DNA of 64,000 bases, taken from Nitrososphaerota archaeon. GTDB taxonomy: Archaea; Thermoproteota; Nitrososphaeria_A; Caldarchaeales; Calditenuaceae. The stretch's first letter is position 1. The number at the start of each line of letters is the position of its first letter. The notes beneath the pieces are model-generated. The model had not been told where the DNA came from and made no database searches. It saw nothing but the letters and a program-made list of their open reading frames with translations. The DNA is taken from contig JBEPYO010000001.1 in assembly GCA_041641295.1 (NCBI GenBank), positions 1,248,001 through 1,312,000 of the forward strand. Reading direction: 5' to 3'. This document shows positions 44,589-54,893 of this stretch, piece after piece. The position numbers and the translations under genes were made by a program.

Positions 44589-47164
44589 TACCTCCCCCTA
44601 CGCCTCAACAACACAACTGCTATAAACAAAGCAGCAGCCACGGCCACAGCGACGCCGGCATACAGGAGGATTGGCGGCTGCGCCTCGGGTGACACTGTAG
44701 CCGTTGTTATAGTCGGCCGGGTCTGAGTTGTAATTTCCCTCGTAGTCGTGGCCTCGCCCGGTATAACCCGGAGATCGCCCTCAAACTCTAGCACGGTGCC
44801 TACCTCGTCGGGATTATAGGCGACGATTGTGAGTTTGTAGAGACCGGGTCTTAGCTTGGATGAGGTCTCTGCTGGGACTTTGATTTCGTAGGCTCCTCCG
44901 CTGGTGGGTGTGGCGTCGCCGGCGGCGAATATCTCTGCTCGTGAAGCGTCTTGTATGAGGTATCTAACCTTGGTTCCCTGAGGGGCATTGAGTCTAAAGG
45001 TAATTGTTCCGCCTGTCAATGTGTTTATCTCTCCTGAGATGGGTGATGCGAGAGAGAGCTGTGGGGGCTGGGTGAATTCCGACCATCTGCCTGGGCTAAG
45101 TGGGTATGTTGGGTCTCTGAAGGCTGCCAGCTCAGCCGTCTGGCTAGGGCCGTCAAACCTAGCCAATATGAAGGGCCCCTGCCCAATCACCAAGTGCCTA
45201 TACTTTCTGAACCACTCTATAGATGCCCGATACCTGGCCTCAGCCTCGCTCCACTCCACTTGGTAGACGCCGTCAATGCTGAGAACCTTTTCAGGCAAAA
45301 ACTTGGAGGATAGAAACTCGCTCAAAACGACTTCGGCCAAGTGTCTCGAGATTCGCTCCTTGACGAGGTTTATCCACCCGAGCTCTGGGTTAAACCGCGC
45401 CGCGGCCGTGTCCGTGTAAGCGGCCTGCCTCTTATCGAAGACTAGGACATCCATGGCTAGGAGGACCTCCCAAGGCATCGAGACAGAGGTTGGGAGGGCG
45501 TACTCTGCGACAATCTCGGGCTCGAAGTGCCAGTAGTCCACGTAGACCTCGAGCTTAGACCCTTCCACTATCCTGAAGCCCTTGAAGGTTTCGAGGTATG
45601 GGCGGGATGTCACGGCTATCGCAGTCTCTATCCTGCTCTTCCGCTCGTTGTAGGCTATGTCGAATGCCTGGTAGATGGGGTATAGTATGTCTGCCCACGT
45701 TATAGGCTGGCCGTGATGCCACTTCGCGCCGATGTATTTCGAGAAGTCGTAGACAACCTTGCTCTTAGCCGAGACTCCTGCACCGACTCTACGCCACCCC
45801 CCTGACTGAGCATCCCATATGAAGGCGTCTGGGGGAACCTGAACTGTAGGCTGAGGAGAGGAGGCCTCGACTCTGAAGTCAGCTCTGAAGGGTATTGGCC
45901 TGCCGGAGAAGGGGTGGCGGGCAATTGGTGGGTCAACAATGTTGCGGTAAATGTCTACGCTGTAGACGTCGCCGAAGCCGCCGACCGGGTTCCACGCGCT
46001 CCTCCCGCCCGGAGGCTCGACCCAGAGATGACCAACTACTAGGCTCTTATCGGCCCGCTCCTTGTTGACGCTCTCCCTTAGTGTGTAGACTGAGCGTGGG
46101 CCTCCCACTATGTCTAGGATTAATGGGGCGACTGAGGGGCTTGCGGGGAAGACGCTGATGGCTGTCGCAACCCAGACCCTGACCGACTCTTGGACGCAGA
46201 GTCGCGTCATCTTTCTGAAGAGTTCGTCGCGCTCCTCTTTGCTACTGTAGTCGCCCTTGAAGAGCTTCTGACCAAGCTCGTCTAGTGTCGAGTTCTCATA
46301 CTGCCAGAACCCAACCTCCCTCCAGCCAGGCATACTGCCGAGCCAGGGTGCGCAGAACTGGTTTATGCTCCCTGCCTCGTACCGGGCTGCTCCACCCCGC
46401 CCCCAGCCCTCAGTGTATATGTGCCAGTCGAAGGCGGCTGGGTCCCTAGAATAAACCCTCTCAACAGCCGGGCCAAACTCGAGCAGTATAGGCTCAACCC
46501 TAAACCCGAGCCTCTCCAACTCGTTCCGAAGCATCTCGCCTATCTCCCTCCTCTCGTCCTCAGACCTGTAGATCAGCTTCAGGGAGATCTCCCTCCCACC
46601 ATACCTCCAGACGCCGTCCACGAGCTCGGCTCCAGCCCTCCTCATCGCCTCGGTTATCAGGGACCGCGCATAGTCCGGGTCATATCGTATCCCAAGCGAC
46701 TTGACATCCTCGAAGACTGTAACATAGTCTAGGTCGAAGGGGCTTACGAAAGAGTACATGGGCTGGGCTAGACCCTTGAAGATCACCGAGACAACCTCAT
46801 CCCTGTTTACGAGATACTGCATTGCCTGTCGGACCTCTCTGATGGAGAAGGGGTTGAGCTGGCCGCTGGGTGCTGGGGCAGGGTTGAGGAGAATAGAGTA
46901 CATTGTTGCGGGTGCTTCGATGAGCTTGATTGAGGGATCGTCCCTTAGGCGGCGCGCGAACTCTGTCTTAAGGTTGAAGAGGAATATGTCTATTCTACCC
47001 GCCTTTATCTCCCGGTCGGCTATGTCCTGTGAGCCCAGACCACGAAATATTATCTTCTCGGCTGCGGGTCCACGCAGCTCGGACTGGCCATAAGAGACTT
47101 CCAGTAAGGACAGCTGGGAGACTGTCAGCAGTATCGCAAAGGCCAATGCTGCAAGGCTCCGCAT
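44588..47164 (-). CDS. Large family-5 ABC substrate-binding protein with Thr-rich linker and C-terminal TM anchor
   Basis: Signal peptide from ATG 47164, NPFSIREVRQAMQY, WHHGQPITWAD and GQGPF; TTTREITTQTRPT linker; TM helix followed by RRRGR. Confidence 0.88.
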   Translation of the reverse strand: MRSLAALAFAILLTVSQLSLLEVSYGQSELRGPAAEKIIFRGLGSQDIADREIKAGRIDIFLFNLKTEFARRLRDDPSIKLIEAPATMYSILLNPAPAPSGQLNPFSIREVRQAMQYLVNRDEVVSVIFKGLAQPMYSFVSPFDLDYVTVFEDVKSLGIRYDPDYARSLITEAMRRAGAELVDGVWRYGGREISLKLIYRSEDERREIGEMLRNELERLGFRVEPILLEFGPAVERVYSRDPAAFDWHIYTEGWGRGGAARYEAGSINQFCAPWLGSMPGWREVGFWQYENSTLDELGQKLFKGDYSSKEERDELFRKMTRLCVQESVRVWVATAISVFPASPSVAPLILDIVGGPRSVYTLRESVNKERADKSLVVGHLWVEPPGGRSAWNPVGGFGDVYSVDIYRNIVDPPIARHPFSGRPIPFRADFRVEASSPQPTVQVPPDAFIWDAQSGGWRRVGAGVSAKSKVVYDFSKYIGAKWHHGQPITWADILYPIYQAFDIAYNERKSRIETAIAVTSRPYLETFKGFRIVEGSKLEVYVDYWHFEPEIVAEYALPTSVSMPWEVLLAMDVLVFDKRQAAYTDTAAARFNPELGWINLVKERISRHLAEVVLSEFLSSKFLPEKVLSIDGVYQVEWSEAEARYRASIEWFRKYRHLVIGQGPFILARFDGPSQTAELAAFRDPTYPLSPGRWSEFTQPPQLSLASPISGEINTLTGGTITFRLNAPQGTKVRYLIQDASRAEIFAAGDATPTSGGAYEIKVPAETSSKLRPGLYKLTIVAYNPDEVGTVLEFEGDLRVIPGEATTTREITTQTRPTITTATVSPEAQPPILLYAGVAVAVAAALFIAVVLLRRRGR

Positions 47165-47306
47165 ATTAGGTCTGATGAGATGAGAAGTAGGCGAATAGAT
47201 AAGCTTTGAGCACATACCACTAGAAAAGGCCGAGTAGCCTCTCTCACCGTATAGTATTACGGCGACTAGGTCATCGCGGCTGTAATGGTCTCGTTTTCAG
47301 TTCTTC

Positions 47307-49622
47307 TCACGCTTGGCTCGTCTCTTGACTGTCCCGCCTGGATGCTAGAGGCCTCCTAGCTATGACCACTCCAACCCACAACCCAATCGCAACGCCTGCA
47401 AGACCGGCCACTATCAACCATGCAATGTCAGGCGCGGGTGCTGGCTGTCCTTCCTGCACGGGCCTCCCCTCACTACTTGATTTTAGGGACTCGCTGATTC
47501 CTTTGACCTCCGTCAAGAGGTTTTGGAGGAGCTGTCTATCCGACTCGAGGGCGCTGATACGCTCCGCCAAGTTGTTGAACCCAAACTCAATATAGAAACT
47601 AGCAATAGCGAAGTTGCCCGTCTGGTCATAAGCCACCACCGTCTGCGGCCCCTCCGAAGTCAGTGGCGTGAATATCCGTGCTGTGAAGGAGCCCTCCTCA
47701 CTCGTCTTAGTGTATGCAACAACGCTCCCCCCGAGCTCAATGTAGATGTTGGAGTCGGGCTGGAAGTTTGAGCCAACTATCGTTATGTCTCGGCCAGCGA
47801 CGCCGCTGGGCGGTGAGACGAAGATTGAGGGAGCGGTCATAGCCCTCCTCCTAGCGAAGGCTATCTTCTGGTTTAGGCCGGTGAATTCTCCCAGCCTGCA
47901 GTCCGCCCACACCATGTATACGTCATCGGCTGTAGCTTTTATCGAGAAGTAGTCCCCGATAAATGCGCCGCCGGGGAATCCGAAGTTGGGGTTACTGTAA
48001 GAGTCCGTGACCCTCGCGCTCCCAACCCTCTGGCCGAGCTCGGGTATTTCGAACCCCCACGTCTCTCCCTTGTCGCTGGACCTAGTATAATATATGTGGT
48101 ATTTCGTCTCAACGGGGTCATCCCTCATATCACCCCACATCACGTGAATAACGCCGTTTGGGTCTACCGCTATGGATGGATAGAACTGGAGCCTGCTAGT
48201 CTCGTCGTCATTGAGCCTCTTTGGCTGTGACCATGTGGCTCCGCGGTCGAGGCTTCGAACAAAGTAGATATCACCGTCATCGAGTGGCTTGTCGGCTGGG
48301 CGGCCGGCGAATACGATGTAAACCTCTCCTCCAGGGCCTATGGCGACTTGTGGGAAGGAGGAGCCCCAGTTCCTGAAGGCCGCGTTTCGCGGAGTGAAGC
48401 CGACCTCGTTAAAGATGGCTGCCCTTACTGGTCTGCTCCAGCTCCTTCCCCCATCGTCGCTGAATGTCACGTGTATCTCTCCTAGCCCCATCGCGCTATC
48501 GTCGTCCAGCGTGTCTAGCCAGGCGACGTACACCCTCCCGTCGGGTGCAACTGCCGGCTGAGAACCTTGGACCACCCGCCTCTGAGTTGTCTCTGTCCCG
48601 AACCCTCTGACAACAACGGGGCTGACTTGGATAGGCGATGTCATCACCGTGAAGTCCGTCGAGGATTTGACCAGCTTGATGACTGACTCAATCCTTGGGT
48701 TTCCTAGGAATACGAGCTCTTCGACGTAGAATATGTCCCATACGACGGAGAACTCTGTGTATGTTACGTATATTGCGTCTCTAGTGGGGTCTGCCTTGTC
48801 GGGGCCTACTGTCATCCAAGGCTTGTCGAGGAATGAGAATGCTATGCTTCCCCTCAGCCTCCCCCTCTCATCGTATCCTATATTCCTGAAGGTGATTCCA
48901 CTCCTAGCCACTGAGACCGGCTCAGACCAAGTGAACCCTCCATCCACGCTCTTGGAAACTATTATGCTTGAGACTATCTCCTCGGCTACTGCCGCACCTA
49001 TCCTAAACTCCTCCACACCGATGGATATTGATGAGAAGTAGGCATTCCCATCTCTGTCAAAGGCTACTACAGGGTCTCCACCAGACCCTATGTCATCCCT
49101 CAAGTATCTTATCTGGCGCGGGCCTATCCACGTCTCCCCCCCGTCCAAGCTAACATAGGCGCTGACCCCGGCGAAGTTGTAGTCTATGACACCTACGAGC
49201 AAGTGGCTAGGGTTCTTCGGATTCACGGCGATGTGGGGCTCCGTCTGGACCGGAGCCCTGCTGAAGTCCCGTGTTATTAGAATGTTCCTGCTGAAGGCCG
49301 GTGCAGGGCTTCTGAATGGGACCAGTACTCCCGCAGCCCCCGGCGCCTGCAGGGCTAATGGGCCTGGGCCGAGCCCTCCTCCCTCCGCCTCAGCCCTCCT
49401 CCCTCCAGGCTCCTCACCCGTCTCGCCTAGCCTCAGCAACGGGTCTTCCCCACGCGCTACTACGCCCAGCCTTCCCGTCAAGAGTTTTGAGACGAGTTTA
49501 GTTGACTGAAACTCTATCCTCGCTCCGCCGCCTAGATTAGCCTCTTGGAGGGAAAGGGCTACTGGTAGTACTAACGCAATTGCCATGAATATTGCGAGTA
49601 TAGGTGCTGCTAGCCTCTGCAT
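47307..49622 (-). CDS. Cell-surface BNR/Asp-box beta-propeller (sialidase-like) protein
   Basis: Signal peptide; Asp boxes SLDGGETW, SVDGGFTW, SDDGGRSW, SLDRGATW and SSDKGETW; GDP, DKPW and GDY motifs; Ig-like domain, coiled coil and C-terminal TM helix. Confidence 0.85.
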   Translation of the reverse strand: MQRLAAPILAIFMAIALVLPVALSLQEANLGGGARIEFQSTKLVSKLLTGRLGVVARGEDPLLRLGETGEEPGGRRAEAEGGGLGPGPLALQAPGAAGVLVPFRSPAPAFSRNILITRDFSRAPVQTEPHIAVNPKNPSHLLVGVIDYNFAGVSAYVSLDGGETWIGPRQIRYLRDDIGSGGDPVVAFDRDGNAYFSSISIGVEEFRIGAAVAEEIVSSIIVSKSVDGGFTWSEPVSVARSGITFRNIGYDERGRLRGSIAFSFLDKPWMTVGPDKADPTRDAIYVTYTEFSVVWDIFYVEELVFLGNPRIESVIKLVKSSTDFTVMTSPIQVSPVVVRGFGTETTQRRVVQGSQPAVAPDGRVYVAWLDTLDDDSAMGLGEIHVTFSDDGGRSWSRPVRAAIFNEVGFTPRNAAFRNWGSSFPQVAIGPGGEVYIVFAGRPADKPLDDGDIYFVRSLDRGATWSQPKRLNDDETSRLQFYPSIAVDPNGVIHVMWGDMRDDPVETKYHIYYTRSSDKGETWGFEIPELGQRVGSARVTDSYSNPNFGFPGGAFIGDYFSIKATADDVYMVWADCRLGEFTGLNQKIAFARRRAMTAPSIFVSPPSGVAGRDITIVGSNFQPDSNIYIELGGSVVAYTKTSEEGSFTARIFTPLTSEGPQTVVAYDQTGNFAIASFYIEFGFNNLAERISALESDRQLLQNLLTEVKGISESLKSSSEGRPVQEGQPAPAPDIAWLIVAGLAGVAIGLWVGVVIARRPLASRRDSQETSQA

Positions 49623-49719
49623 GTTATAAAAACGCAACATACAGCCCTATTAACGTATAGCCATCTAACACTTAGTCTTAAGTAGCCGTTATGCCGACAT
49701 AGGCTATGAGGTCTGAGCC

Positions 49720-50646
49720 ATGAGGATTGTTAGGATCCAAACACCGCGTGGAGGTGCTAGACTGGGGGTCGTGGTTGATGATGAGGTGGTTCTGCTGCCC
49801 GAGAGTCGCTACGGCTCAGGGAGAGGCATTCTAACACTCTTCCGCGAGGCCGCGCGGAAGGGTATGAGTGTGGCCCAGTATCTGGAGCGGAGGCTAAGCG
49901 TGGGTGGGAGGTTGAAGAGGATCGGCTACTCTGATGTCGCTGAGGGCAGGCTAAAGGGCTTCCGCCTCCTGATCCCCATCGTTCCGCCTGAGGTCTGGGG
50001 TGCTGGTGTAACATATCTCAGGAGTCGGGAAGCCCGTGAATACGAGACAAAGGCTAAGGGGATCTACGACCTCGTATACGAGGCCGAGCGGCCAGAGATC
50101 TTCTTCAAGGCCACACCCTCCCGCTGCGTCGGGCCAGGTGATGTCGCATACATACGTGGCGACTCGAAATGGTCTGTGCCTGAGCCGGAGCTGGCGCTGG
50201 TCCTCGGCCCAAGACACGAGATAATAGGATACACTGTAGGCAACGACATCTCGGCCAGAGACATCGAGGGCGAAAACCCCCTCTACCTGCCCCAGGCCAA
50301 GATCTACAAGGGAAGCTGTGCGCTGGGCCCGGCAATAGCCCTGCCTGAAACGGTTGGAGACCCCAAAAACCTCAAGATCGAGATGAGGATTCTACGGGGA
50401 GGGTCTGAGGTCTTCAGAGGCTCTGTGAGCACTTCGAGCATGAAGAGGGGGTTGGATGAGCTTGTAGGCTTCCTGACCAGGGACAATGTCATCCCCGCAG
50501 GCACCGTGTTGCTGACTGGGACTGGAATAGTTCCTCCGGACGAGTTCACGCTAGAGAGTGGGGATGTGGTGGAGATAGAGATTGAGAAGATTGGTCTGCT
50601 TCGGAACAGGATTGAGCGGCTTAGTAGCCGAGGTAGACGGTCTTAA
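49720..50646 (+). CDS. FAH-family protein, 2-keto-3-deoxypentonate dehydratase (KdaD/XylX-like)
   Basis: EVWGAGVTY.RSR, YDLVYEAERPEIFFK, PEPEL, GNDISARDIEGENPLYLPQAK and LLTGTGIVP motifs. Confidence 0.85.
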   Translation: MRIVRIQTPRGGARLGVVVDDEVVLLPESRYGSGRGILTLFREAARKGMSVAQYLERRLSVGGRLKRIGYSDVAEGRLKGFRLLIPIVPPEVWGAGVTYLRSREAREYETKAKGIYDLVYEAERPEIFFKATPSRCVGPGDVAYIRGDSKWSVPEPELALVLGPRHEIIGYTVGNDISARDIEGENPLYLPQAKIYKGSCALGPAIALPETVGDPKNLKIEMRILRGGSEVFRGSVSTSSMKRGLDELVGFLTRDNVIPAGTVLLTGTGIVPPDEFTLESGDVVEIEIEKIGLLRNRIERLSSRGRRS

Positions 50647-52078
50647 TCTTGGTGTAGAAGTCTAGGGCGGCCTCGCCCTGCTCCTTAATCATCCCAAAGC
50701 TAGATTTCTTGAATCCTCCGAACGGTACGTGAGGCTCCAACCCAGTTGTCGGCTTGTTTATCTTGACAACACCTGCCTGTACACGGTTAATGAACTCGAA
50801 AGCCCTCGGCAGGCTCCTCGTGAATATAGAGGCTGACAGACCGTACTCGATCTTGTTTGCCATCTCCACAGCCTCGTCGAAGTTTTTGGCGCGCATAATC
50901 GCTAGGACCGGCCCGAATATCTCTTCCTGTGCTATCCTCATGTCCGTAGTGACATCTGTGAATATGGTGGGCTCCAAAAAGTATCCCTTAGAGTGTTCCG
51001 GCCCTGTGAGCCTCTTTCCACCTAGGACCAGTTTAGCCCCCTCTTCAACTCCTATACGAATATAGTCGAGAATCTTGTTCATCTCCTTCTCACCTACAAC
51101 AGGCCCCATCTCAACACCCTCCGCAAGACCGTTGCCAACCTTAATCCTCTTGACACGCTCGACAAGTTTCCTCTCAAACTCCTCGGCCACGTTTTCAAGA
51201 ACTATTGCTCGGCTGGTTGCTGTGCAGGCCTGCCCCGTCAGGCCGAAGGCTCCTCTAACCACCATCTCAACCGCCCTCCCCATATCCGCATCGTCTAGAA
51301 TCACTGCCGGGTTTTTACCACCCAGCTCCAACTGAATCCTTACGTTTCTTCCGCCAGCAGCCCTCTTAATCTCCTCACCAACCTCGAGCGACCCTGTGAA
51401 GGATATCGCATCCACCTTCGGGCTCTCGATTAGCTCTGCGCCTACAGTCGAGCCGGGGCCTGTGATAAAGTTGAGGACTCCGGGCGGCAGGCCTGCGCGG
51501 TGGAGGGCGTCGACTATCCTATAGCCTATTAGTGGGGTGTAGCTTGCCGGCTTGAAGACTACTGCGTTGCCCGAAATGAGTGCTGGTGCGATCTTCCAGG
51601 AGGGTATGGCTATTGGGAAGTTCCAGGGGGTTATGATGGAGACTACCCCTAGGGGTTCTCGGAGGGTGAATAGGTGTGTGTTGGGCTCGGCAGAAGGTGT
51701 GAACTCTCCCCTCAATCTATAGCCCATCACCCCATAGAATCTGAAGATGCTTACAGCCCTGGCGACCTCGGCCCTGCTCTCAGCCAGCGTCTTCCCCTCC
51801 TCCCTAGTCAGGACCCTAGCCAGCTCGTCAGCCTCATCCTCAAGTATCTGCGCCGCTTTAACTAGAATCCTTCCCCTCTCGGGGGCTGGGGTTGAAGCCC
51901 ATTTAACCTGGGCCTCTCTCGCAGCGTCGATGGCCCTCGCGGCATCGTCCCTAGACAGTTGGGGGAACTCTGCGACTACCTCGCCTGTGTCTGCGGGGTT
52001 GATGTCTTTGAATGTCTTGCCGTCAGGTGAAAAAATCTTCTCCCCTCCAATAATACATGGATAGAGGTGCCCAGCCAA
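50621..52078 (-). CDS. Aldehyde dehydrogenase, probably 2,5-dioxopentanoate (alpha-ketoglutarate semialdehyde) dehydrogenase
   Basis: ITPWNFPIAIP, FTGS, LELGGKNP, TGQACTATSR and EEIFGP; adjacent to the KdaD-like gene. Confidence 0.82.
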   Translation of the reverse strand: MAGHLYPCIIGGEKIFSPDGKTFKDINPADTGEVVAEFPQLSRDDAARAIDAAREAQVKWASTPAPERGRILVKAAQILEDEADELARVLTREEGKTLAESRAEVARAVSIFRFYGVMGYRLRGEFTPSAEPNTHLFTLREPLGVVSIITPWNFPIAIPSWKIAPALISGNAVVFKPASYTPLIGYRIVDALHRAGLPPGVLNFITGPGSTVGAELIESPKVDAISFTGSLEVGEEIKRAAGGRNVRIQLELGGKNPAVILDDADMGRAVEMVVRGAFGLTGQACTATSRAIVLENVAEEFERKLVERVKRIKVGNGLAEGVEMGPVVGEKEMNKILDYIRIGVEEGAKLVLGGKRLTGPEHSKGYFLEPTIFTDVTTDMRIAQEEIFGPVLAIMRAKNFDEAVEMANKIEYGLSASIFTRSLPRAFEFINRVQAGVVKINKPTTGLEPHVPFGGFKKSSFGMIKEQGEAALDFYTKIKTVYLGY

Positions 52079-52165
52079 TTCGTATCTATGAAAGCAAAGC
52101 CTGATAAAAATCCTTCATAGAGGATGGGAATTCTTTAATATACGCACAGTGGTTCATCTGGCGAG

Positions 52166-53860
52166 ATGTCAGGGTCTGGAAAAGGTGCTGTCCATAGTGT
52201 TGAGCGTTTTGCAGGAGTACTTAATGCGCCGCATAGGTCGTTCCTCTGGTCTATAGGCCTTGACCCCAGCGATATTGGTAAGCCTCTGGCAGGCGTGGTT
52301 GTGGCTTGGAGCGAGTCTGGTCCATGCAACTTCCACACCCTAAACCTCATCGGCTACGTCAAGCAGGGGCTTCGCGATGCTGGGTGTGTGGGGCTTGCAA
52401 TGCCCACCATAGTGGTGAATGATAACATATCGATGGGGACGGATGGCATGAGGTATAGTCTCGTCAGCAGGGAGGTGATAGCGGACAGTGTGGAGGCCCA
52501 GATAGTCGCCCACGCATATGATGGCTTCGTCGGGATAGGTGGGTGCGACAAGACCCAGCCCGGAATAATGATGGCCATGGCGAGGATCAACAGACCCTCA
52601 ATATACATGTACGGCGGCTCAGCCGAGCCTGGCTTCATCGGGGAGAAGAAGTTCACGATCGAGGATGTCCACGAGTATGTGGGCGCCTATATTAGTGGGA
52701 AGGTCTCAGAGCAGGAGCTTCTTCAGGTCGAGATGGTCGCACACCCCACCTACGGAGCATGTGCAGGCCTCTTCACTGCCAATACGATGGCACTCCTGAG
52801 TGAGGGATTGGGCCTAGCATTACTCGGAAGCTCAAGTCCAACAGCAACCTCCTCAAGGAGAGCGATCTTCGCCTACGAGACAGGCAAGGCTCTTGGCACC
52901 CTCCTAGAGAACGGGATCAAGCCCCGGGACATCCTGACGTACGAGGCGTTCAGAAACGCAGCTACACTTCTCATGGCTTCAGGCGGCTCGACAAACGGTA
53001 TACTCCACCTCCTAGCACTAGCCTACGAGGCTGGGGTCAAGTTCACCTTGGACGACTTCGACGAGATCTCCAAGAAAACCCCATACATCCTCAGCATGAG
53101 GCCGGCTGGAGAATATGTCATGGCCGACCTTGACAGGGTAGGTGGCGCCCCACTCCTCCTCAAGAAGCTGCTTGATGCAGGGCTCATAGACGGAGACGTT
53201 CTGACAGTCTCTGGGAAGACACTGTCCCAGAGCCTGCGGGAGTACAGACTACCCAATGTCCCCCACGAACACATAGTCCGAGACCCCTCGAAGCCGATTA
53301 AGAAGACGGGTGGTATCCGGATACTGAGGGGGTCACTGGCTCCTGAGGGCGCGGTTGTGAAGACCGCGGCTACGGGTGTTACGAGGTTTGAGGGGCCTGC
53401 ACGGGTCTTTGACGACGAGGACCCCGCCTTCGAGGCGATAAGAAAAGGGATTGTGAGGGAGGGCGAGGTGTTGGTCATCCGGTATGTAGGGCCTAAGGGC
53501 GCGCCTGGCATGCCTGAGATGCTGAGGGTTACGGCCGCCCTCTCAGGGGCTGGGCTCGGAGAGTCCGTCGCCATGGTTACTGACGGCAGGTTCAGTGGCG
53601 CAACACGGGGCATCATGATAGGTCATGTGGCTCCAGAGGCGGCTTCGGGTGGGCCGATAGCCCTAGTAAAGGACGGGGACAGGATACTGATAGATACTGA
53701 GGCCGGGAGGCTAGACCTGCTGGTATCTGAGGAAGAGTTGGAGCGTAGAAAGAAGGACTTCAAGCCGAAACCACCAAAAGCCACTTCAGGACTCCTAGCA
53801 AAATACGCCTCCCTCGTCGCCTCGGCTTCGATGGGAGCAGTAACAATACCGCGCCTCTAG
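52166..53860 (+). CDS. ilvD: Dihydroxy-acid dehydratase
   Basis: [38 protein letters not shown] and TDGRFSG; co-oriented with leuB. Confidence 0.95.
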   Translation: MSGSGKGAVHSVERFAGVLNAPHRSFLWSIGLDPSDIGKPLAGVVVAWSESGPCNFHTLNLIGYVKQGLRDAGCVGLAMPTIVVNDNISMGTDGMRYSLVSREVIADSVEAQIVAHAYDGFVGIGGCDKTQPGIMMAMARINRPSIYMYGGSAEPGFIGEKKFTIEDVHEYVGAYISGKVSEQELLQVEMVAHPTYGACAGLFTANTMALLSEGLGLALLGSSSPTATSSRRAIFAYETGKALGTLLENGIKPRDILTYEAFRNAATLLMASGGSTNGILHLLALAYEAGVKFTLDDFDEISKKTPYILSMRPAGEYVMADLDRVGGAPLLLKKLLDAGLIDGDVLTVSGKTLSQSLREYRLPNVPHEHIVRDPSKPIKKTGGIRILRGSLAPEGAVVKTAATGVTRFEGPARVFDDEDPAFEAIRKGIVREGEVLVIRYVGPKGAPGMPEMLRVTAALSGAGLGESVAMVTDGRFSGATRGIMIGHVAPEAASGGPIALVKDGDRILIDTEAGRLDLLVSEEELERRKKDFKPKPPKATSGLLAKYASLVASASMGAVTIPRL

Positions 53861-53867
53861 AACAGGA

Positions 53868-54893
53868 ATGTACAGGATATCTGTAATCCCAGGTGACGGT
53901 ATAGGCCCAGCAGTCACGGGCCAAGCGGTCAGGATAGTCGAAGAACTTGCCTCCAGGATGGGCTTCGGAGTAGAGTTCGTTGAGGCGCCGGCCGGAGACA
54001 GGGTTGCCGCCGAGACCGGCAAAGCCCTCCCCCCAGACTCCCTGAAGAAAATAACGGCCTCGGACGCCTGCCTGAAGGGCCCAGTAGGAGAGACGGCCAG
54101 GGACGTGATAGTATTCCTCAGGCAGAAGCTCGACCTATACGCCAACATAAGGCCCTTCAAGACGTACAGGGGTGTCAAAACTCACTGGAGCGGAGTGGAC
54201 TTCGTCATAGTTAGGGAGAACACGGAGGACCTCTACAAGGGCGTCGAGGATGTGGGGCGAGACCATGCGGTGTCTCTACTCGTAGTCACGCGGTTTGGCA
54301 CTGAGCGCATAGCGCGGGTCGCCTTGAACATGGCTAATGAGAGGCGGAGGAAGGTCACAATAGTGCACAAGGCAAATGTCCTCTCCTCTTACAGGTTTTT
54401 CCGCGATGTAGCCTTCGAGGTGCTCAGGGAGGGTGGGCTAGCAGTGGACGAGATGTATGTTGACAATGCGGCCTACCAGATGGTCGTCAACCCCACGATA
54501 TTCGACGTGATCCTCACGCCCAACATGTTTGGGGATATTCTTTCAGACTTGGCTGCAGGTATTACCGGCTCCATCGGCTTAGCGGGTTCTGCCAACGTTG
54601 GTGAGAAGATGGGGGTTTTCGAGCCGGTGCACGGCTCCGCGCCCGGCCTCAACCCGGAATACGCGAACCCGATAGCCACGATACTCTCGGCATCATACAT
54701 GCTCGGCTGGCTTGGAATGTCGCGGCGCGACGAGAGGCTCTCCCGCGCCTCAAAGGCGGTTGAGAGGGCTGTGGAATCCATCCTGGACGAGGGGAGGGTT
54801 CTTACACCTGACCTCGGGGGGAGCGCTAGGGGGAGAGAGGTCTCAGGCGCCATACTGAATAAGGCGCTCCAATACCTAGACATGGAGAAGTAA
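53868..54893 (+). CDS. leuB: 3-isopropylmalate dehydrogenase (isocitrate/isopropylmalate dehydrogenase family)
   Basis: IPGDGIG, LYANIRP, RENTEDLY, HKANV, NMFGDILSD and FEPVHGSAP; downstream of ilvD. Confidence 0.85.
   Translation: MYRISVIPGDGIGPAVTGQAVRIVEELASRMGFGVEFVEAPAGDRVAAETGKALPPDSLKKITASDACLKGPVGETARDVIVFLRQKLDLYANIRPFKTYRGVKTHWSGVDFVIVRENTEDLYKGVEDVGRDHAVSLLVVTRFGTERIARVALNMANERRRKVTIVHKANVLSSYRFFRDVAFEVLREGGLAVDEMYVDNAAYQMVVNPTIFDVILTPNMFGDILSDLAAGITGSIGLAGSANVGEKMGVFEPVHGSAPGLNPEYANPIATILSASYMLGWLGMSRRDERLSRASKAVERAVESILDEGRVLTPDLGGSARGREVSGAILNKALQYLDMEK

Noticed and set aside
52166-53860. IlvD-family gene as the pentonate dehydratase of the pentose pathway
   Set aside because: It is in an apparent operon with leuB and has standard dihydroxy-acid dehydratase motifs; the BCAA role is simpler, though promiscuity is not excluded.
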